NCBI GenBank assembly: GCA_964426185.1
Contig: CAYRPF010000012.1
Coordinates: 1 to 11,148, forward strand
Source of the DNA: an uncultured archaeon
GTDB lineage: Archaea; Asgardarchaeota; Lokiarchaeia; Sigyniarchaeales; Promethearchaeaceae
Length of the DNA stretch: 11,148 nucleotides
Direction: 5' to 3'
Both the position numbers and the translations under genes were made by a program. Below are positions 6,653 to 11,148 of this stretch, piece by piece (within the stretch, counting starts at the first letter, position 1; each line of letters opens with the position of its first letter). The notes under the pieces were generated by a model. It worked only from the letters and a program-made list of their open reading frames with translations, was not told the DNA's origin and did not search any database.

Positions 6653-6847
6653 ATGAAAATGCTAACTGTCTTTATCCCAGAAAAATATATTGAGTCATTA
6701 GATTTATTGGTTGTGGAAGAATTATTTCCCAATCGAAGCGAAGCTATTCGATCAGCCATTAGGGATTTAATTCATAAAGAATTGTTGTTAAAAGAAGAAA
6801 TCGCTCGACGAACGGAGAAAAAAAAAGAGAATGAATCTACGCCATGA
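6653..6847 (+). CDS. Ribbon-helix-helix (CopG/Arc/MetJ) transcription regulator, CdrS-like (64 aa)
   Basis: Beta ribbon MKMLTVFIP, helix EKYIESLDLLV, then FPNRSEAIRSAIRDLI; GAGG SD at 6641-6644. Confidence 0.92.
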   Translation: MKMLTVFIPEKYIESLDLLVVEELFPNRSEAIRSAIRDLIHKELLLKEEIARRTEKKKENESTP

Positions 6848-9800
6848 TTTTATTCTTACGTGCTTTTCTTCGAATTTTCTTTCTTATTTCAATCCGTAGT
6901 TGTTTTCGCAATTCGGGAGATTCAATTTCATTTAATTTTTCTAATGCGAATTTTTCATTCTGATATTTCTTATAACTTAATTCAATTCTCTTAAGATTTT
7001 GTTCACACAATCGTCTTAAATCACTTAATCCTAAATTGGTAAAAATCTCTAAAGCTTTTTGATTTTTGATTTTAGCATCTTCAAATTTCGCTTGTTTTAC
7101 AAAATCCTTGGCAGAATTTAATAATTCAAAACCATCTTCTTTCGTCGGTAATTGAGCTCGATGTTCCAGTTTTGATTTTAATGCTAATATTTCGATATGA
7201 AGGTTTGTCAAATTTTCTAGTGATTGCTGCCATTTTAAACGCTCCATTTGTTTTTTAATCGTATTATATGAATTCAATGCTCCATCTATATTTTCTTTAT
7301 CTAGAAAATTAATACATGCTGTAATTTCTTCTAAAATTATATTTTCATCATCCAAGACAGTATTCTGTAATAATTCAGGTAGATGAATCAAAGTCTGAGG
7401 AATTTGTGAATAAATTTGTTGCAATCGTTTTTTAGTGGTATTTACCTCTAGAGTCCAGTTATTTTGAGTGAAATTATACATTGCATGGTGGAGATAATAT
7501 AGACTTAAATAAGGATTTCCTTCTCTAAGGGAGTTTTCCCCAATTTCAAGAAATTTGTAGGCTTGTTCTCCCCGTTCCTGTTCGAGACTAGCCAATCGCT
7601 TTTGTTCTAACGAGATTTCTTCAAAACTTTCTAAAGAAGATTTCCGTTTTAATTCTTGTTGTGCCATTAATTTTTCAAAATCTTTCTGTTTCTTCAATTC
7701 TTCTTCTTGTCTTTTACGAATTTCTGCCACTTTTTGGGCATATAGTTGCTTTTTTACTTTAGTTTCTTCTATTAATTGTTTAATTTGCTTCTTTTTCAAA
7801 GGCCAATTTATTTCATCGAACAAGATTAAAGCTTCCTTATATCGTGCAATGGCTAAATCATATTCATGTTGAAGCGCAAAATTGCTCCCCATCTCTAATA
7901 GGTCAAATATTCTATTTTGAATTTGTTCTTCTTTATTTTTTATTTCGTTTTCTTCTAGTTTGCGCTTCTGTTCTTCTAATAATCGACGTTCCGATTCTTT
8001 TTCTGATTTCCTTATTAATTCTTTAATTCTTTCAATTTCCTCTTTTCTTTCTTGCTCTGCAATTTCTTGTAATTTTTGTTGTTCTTGGTAAGCTTGCATA
8101 TCTTGCTGTGTTTTTTTAATCGTTTCTTGGGTAATTCGAATTCCAACTTCATAATTGATTTGTTGGTAAAGATCTAAGACTTGCTGATATATATTCAAAG
8201 CATCTTTGAAATTGTTTTCTTTAACAAATGCTCTGGCTTGATCTAATAATTGAAAACATTGGTTATGTATTTCCTGGGCCTTTCTGGCTTTTTCTTGTTC
8301 TTTTGCAAGTTTTTGCTGTCTTTTCAACTCTTCTTGGCTCTTAATCTGTTGACTTTCGGAAATTAGCTTTTGAATTTCTTCTAAATCTCGCTTTCGTTTT
8401 TCTTCTTCCAACATTTTCCTGTGTTTTTCTTGTTCTAATTGTTCTTTTTGTTTTAAACTCCATGAAATACGAGCTTTCTTTTCTAATTCTTCATATTCCT
8501 TAATTCTTTTCAATCGTTCTTCTTCTTGACGTTTAAGCTCTGCTAAGTATTCCATTTCTTCTTGTTTGAAAAATTCAATTTGATTGGCAATTTTCTCTGC
8601 TTCTTGTTTCCATCCAATTTGTTGGAAAAGTTTACTTGCTTCTAAATATTTAATGATTGCTTCTTTAAACTTGTGTTCTTGAGCTAAGTTATTTCCTTCA
8701 GTAATCATGGTTAAGGCTCTTTCAGAAATTTCCTTTTGGTGTTGCATTTCTTGATTTTGTATCGCTTTTTGATTTGCTTCTTGCTGCATTCTCTGATAAA
8801 GTTCTTCTTGGGATTTTTTTATTTGTTGTTGTAAAGCCTTGGCATTCATTTCTTGAATTTCCTTTTGTTGCTCAACTCGTCGCCGATATTCTTGATCTTT
8901 CTTTAAACGCTCTTGATATGTTTTCACACCTTCAAAAAGTTTGATTCCCTCATCCCGCCATCCAATGGCTTCTAATTTTTTCGCTGAATCTAAATAAATT
9001 TTAATTGCCTCTTCATATGGTGGAATAAATGAGTATCTCTCTATGTGAGACTCGTATTCTCTAACTTTATTTTCTATTTCATCAATTTTGTTAAATATTT
9101 CCTTGGCTTTTTGCTCTTTTTCCTTTTCTTCCGCTTCTCTTCTCCTTTTGATGGTTTCTTGTTCTTTTTGATGTTTAAGTTGAATTTCACGAGAAAGTCT
9201 CGCTCGCTCTTCCAACAATCTTTCTCCTTCTTTCGTTTTAGCTATTCGAAGTTTTTCTTTTTCTCGATAGATTTGATCTTTTCTCAATTTTTCTTGATAT
9301 GTTTTAATTCCATCAAATAAACGAATACTCTCAGAGGTCCACCCAATTTCCCTTATTCTTTCTGCTGATTTTTGATAAATTTTAATTACTTCTTCATATG
9401 GGCAGATATATGGTATTTTATCAACACGAGATTCGTAATCTTTTACTTTTTGTTCTGCTTCGGCGATTTCGGATAAAATATTTTTTGCCACTTCTTGTTT
9501 ATAGGCATTTTCTTCTTGTTCTTTCCTTAATCGTTCTTGTTCTTGTTTACGTCGTGCTTCTTGGATCTGTTTTGCCTTTAATGCCCTTTGTTCTAATAGT
9601 TTTTGTTCTTCTAAGGATTTGGCAACCCGCAGTTGTTCATTCCGCCTAAATTCTTGATCTTGCTTATACTTTTGTTGGTAAACATGCATACCTTCTAATA
9701 ATTTAAGACCTTCTGAATTCCATCCAATATCAATAAGTTGTTGTGCCCCTTGTTTATAAATTTCAATACATTTTTCATATGGAGGATCAAAGAGGATTTT

Positions 9801-11147
9801 CTCCGGCTGAGATTCATATTCTTCTACTTCTTTTTCGATCTTCTCAATTTTTGCGTAAATTTGATCTGCTATGGCTAACTTGAAATTTTGCTCTTCTCTT
9901 TCTCGCTTCTTTCGTTCTTCTAATTCTTTTTCTCTCTGACGTTTAAGTTGTTCTGCTAATTTAGCTCTCTGTTCCAGTAGTTGTGCTTCTTCTTTTGATT
10001 TTGCTTTGCGACGTGCTTCTTCTTCTCTAAATTGTTGATCTTTTTCCAATTTTTGAGAATAAACTTGAGCCCCTTCGAACAATTGAATCGATTCTTTTGT
10101 CCAATTGATTTCTTTAAGTGTTTTTGCTCCTTTAAAATAAATCTCGATAGCGCGTTGGTAGGGAGGTTCGAATGGTATTTTATCAAGTAATGATTCGTAT
10201 TCCTTAATTTCTTGTTCAATTTTTTCTATTTGGCTAAAAACTTGATTTGCAATCGACTCTTGATATGCTTTCAATTCTTGTTCTTTTTTCTTCTCTCTTT
10301 CAAGAGTTTTTAATCTTTCCAATTCTAATTGTTTGGCTTTTTGTGCTCTTAATTCAAACATGCGCTCTTCTTCTTTAGTTTTTGCTTGACGAAGGTTTTC
10401 TTTTTCTCGGTATTTTCTATCTTGCTCCATTTTTTTTTTATATGTAGAAATTGCATCTGAAAGTCTAATTGCCTGTTCTGTCCATTCTATGTCTCGAAAA
10501 GTTTCTGAAGCTTGCTTATATACTTCAATTGCTTTTGTATAAGGTGATTCTAAAATAATTTTATCAGGTGTCTGTTCATAATTTCTAATTTTAGCTTCTA
10601 TCTCATCAATTTGTGCAAAAAGTTGTGCTGCAATTGCTTGCTGATAAGCATTTTTTTCTCGTTGTCTTTGTTTTTCTTTTGCTTTTTGTCTCTCTTTTTT
10701 CTGTTGATTTTCTTTGGCTTCTAAGGCTTTCTGCTCAAGTTCTGCAAGTTCTTCTTTAGTCAATTCTTCTTGGCGCGCTAGCTTCTCTCGGTATTTTTTA
10801 TCTTCAGTTAATTTTTCCTGATAACGGATAACTCCTTCAGCTATTCGTTTACTTTGGTCGGTCCAACCTAATCGGGATAATTTTGGGGCAGATTCGGAAT
10901 AAACTTTAATGGCTTCTTCATAAGGGCAAGGATAATCGAAACGGTTAGCTTTTGACTCATATTCATTTACTTTCTTTTCAATAGATTCGATTTGGTTTAA
11001 AATTTGTTCTGCTTGTTTGTTAAGTGCTTGTTGTTTTCTTCGTTCTTCTTCTTGTTTGCGTAATATTTCCGCTTTTTGGCGTTCAGATTCCTTTTTGGCT
11101 TCTAAGGCTTTCTGCTCAAGTTCTGCAAGTTCTTCTTTAGTCAATTC
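6837..11147 (-). CDS. Giant helical-repeat protein, 5'-partial (>1435 aa): TPR/MIT-like modules alternating with E/K/R/Q-rich long helices
   Basis: The frame is open to the window edge; the track's M at 11144 is an internal TTG (Leu of EELTKEELAEL). About 12 modules with pattern A..I...I...E.......(P)Y..AI..Y..A...L..I.W..E...L, and a basic C-tail RKKIRRKARKNK. Confidence 0.92.
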   Translation of the reverse strand, partial: ELTKEELAELEQKALEAKKESERQKAEILRKQEEERRKQQALNKQAEQILNQIESIEKKVNEYESKANRFDYPCPYEEAIKVYSESAPKLSRLGWTDQSKRIAEGVIRYQEKLTEDKKYREKLARQEELTKEELAELEQKALEAKENQQKKERQKAKEKQRQREKNAYQQAIAAQLFAQIDEIEAKIRNYEQTPDKIILESPYTKAIEVYKQASETFRDIEWTEQAIRLSDAISTYKKKMEQDRKYREKENLRQAKTKEEERMFELRAQKAKQLELERLKTLEREKKKEQELKAYQESIANQVFSQIEKIEQEIKEYESLLDKIPFEPPYQRAIEIYFKGAKTLKEINWTKESIQLFEGAQVYSQKLEKDQQFREEEARRKAKSKEEAQLLEQRAKLAEQLKRQREKELEERKKREREEQNFKLAIADQIYAKIEKIEKEVEEYESQPEKILFDPPYEKCIEIYKQGAQQLIDIGWNSEGLKLLEGMHVYQQKYKQDQEFRRNEQLRVAKSLEEQKLLEQRALKAKQIQEARRKQEQERLRKEQEENAYKQEVAKNILSEIAEAEQKVKDYESRVDKIPYICPYEEVIKIYQKSAERIREIGWTSESIRLFDGIKTYQEKLRKDQIYREKEKLRIAKTKEGERLLEERARLSREIQLKHQKEQETIKRRREAEEKEKEQKAKEIFNKIDEIENKVREYESHIERYSFIPPYEEAIKIYLDSAKKLEAIGWRDEGIKLFEGVKTYQERLKKDQEYRRRVEQQKEIQEMNAKALQQQIKKSQEELYQRMQQEANQKAIQNQEMQHQKEISERALTMITEGNNLAQEHKFKEAIIKYLEASKLFQQIGWKQEAEKIANQIEFFKQEEMEYLAELKRQEEERLKRIKEYEELEKKARISWSLKQKEQLEQEKHRKMLEEEKRKRDLEEIQKLISESQQIKSQEELKRQQKLAKEQEKARKAQEIHNQCFQLLDQARAFVKENNFKDALNIYQQVLDLYQQINYEVGIRITQETIKKTQQDMQAYQEQQKLQEIAEQERKEEIERIKELIRKSEKESERRLLEEQKRKLEENEIKNKEEQIQNRIFDLLEMGSNFALQHEYDLAIARYKEALILFDEINWPLKKKQIKQLIEETKVKKQLYAQKVAEIRKRQEEELKKQKDFEKLMAQQELKRKSSLESFEEISLEQKRLASLEQERGEQAYKFLEIGENSLREGNPYLSLYYLHHAMYNFTQNNWTLEVNTTKKRLQQIYSQIPQTLIHLPELLQNTVLDDENIILEEITACINFLDKENIDGALNSYNTIKKQMERLKWQQSLENLTNLHIEILALKSKLEHRAQLPTKEDGFELLNSAKDFVKQAKFEDAKIKNQKALEIFTNLGLSDLRRLCEQNLKRIELSYKKYQNEKFALEKLNEIESPELRKQLRIEIRKKIRRKARKNKIMA

Positions 11148-11148
11148 T
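8730..11148 (-). repeat. Degenerate intragenic tandem repeat, period 381 bp (127 aa), six full units plus a partial seventh
   Basis: Conserved Trp codons at 10863, 10482, 10101, 9720, 9339 and 8958 are each exactly 381 bp apart. Confidence 0.93.
10713..11148. repeat. Exact 55-bp direct repeat (10713-10767 = 11094-11148)
   Basis: TTTGGCTTCTAAGGCTTTCTGCTCAAGTTCTGCAAGTTCTTCTTTAGTCAATTCT occurs twice at an offset of 381 bp; the second copy runs to the last base of the window. Confidence 0.97.

Noticed and set aside
6845-6847. TGA stop of the RHH gene as a selenocysteine codon
   Set aside because: The RHH domain is already complete, there is no redox motif context, and no SECIS-like hairpin was identified.
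7844-10219. Hydrophobic plus-strand ORFs 7844-8026, 9045-9320, 9398-9649 and off-frame minus ORF 9956-10219
   Set aside because: The F/L-rich, membrane-like look is simply the reverse complement of GAA/AAA/CAA-rich codons of the giant gene; the minus ORF is an alternative frame of the same gene.
11142-11144. Start codon of the 1435-aa ORF as given in the track
   Set aside because: It is a TTG matching the internal Leu of the repeated EELTKEELAEL; the frame stays open to the window edge.
6837-11147. Calling the giant protein SMC/Rad50, myosin or TolA, or reading its repeats as a CRISPR array
   Set aside because: No Walker B, ABC signature, hinge or motor motifs in the visible part; the similarity would be compositional only. 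The repeats are in-frame 381-bp coding units, not short repeats with spacers.

Overview
AT-rich archaeal chromosomal segment, most consistent with an Asgard archaeon of the Lokiarchaeia/Promethearchaeum type. This is inferred from the protein style, the divergent small GTPase, the giant helical-repeat protein and GGTGA/GAGG Shine-Dalgarno sites. On the left is a minus-strand rpl18e-rpl13-rps9-rpo3(rpoD) cluster, with rpo3 out of its usual archaeal position. Next is a divergently transcribed 412-aa protein with a very acidic N-terminus and a Tubby/LURP/scramblase-like C-terminal half, followed by a 317-bp convergent spacer rich in dyads. A minus-strand block then encodes 106-aa, 186-aa and 278-aa hypothetical proteins and an atypical MglA-like small GTPase. 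Opposite this block is a CdrS-like ribbon-helix-helix regulator, with a direct repeat in the shared promoter region. The last 4.3 kb is a 5'-truncated giant (>1435 aa) protein of TPR/MIT-like helical modules joined by charged helices, with strict 127-aa and 116-aa periodicity. The window ends in an exact 55-bp copy of an internal stretch, suggesting an assembly break in a longer repeat array. No tRNA, rRNA, CRISPR array or transposase was seen.
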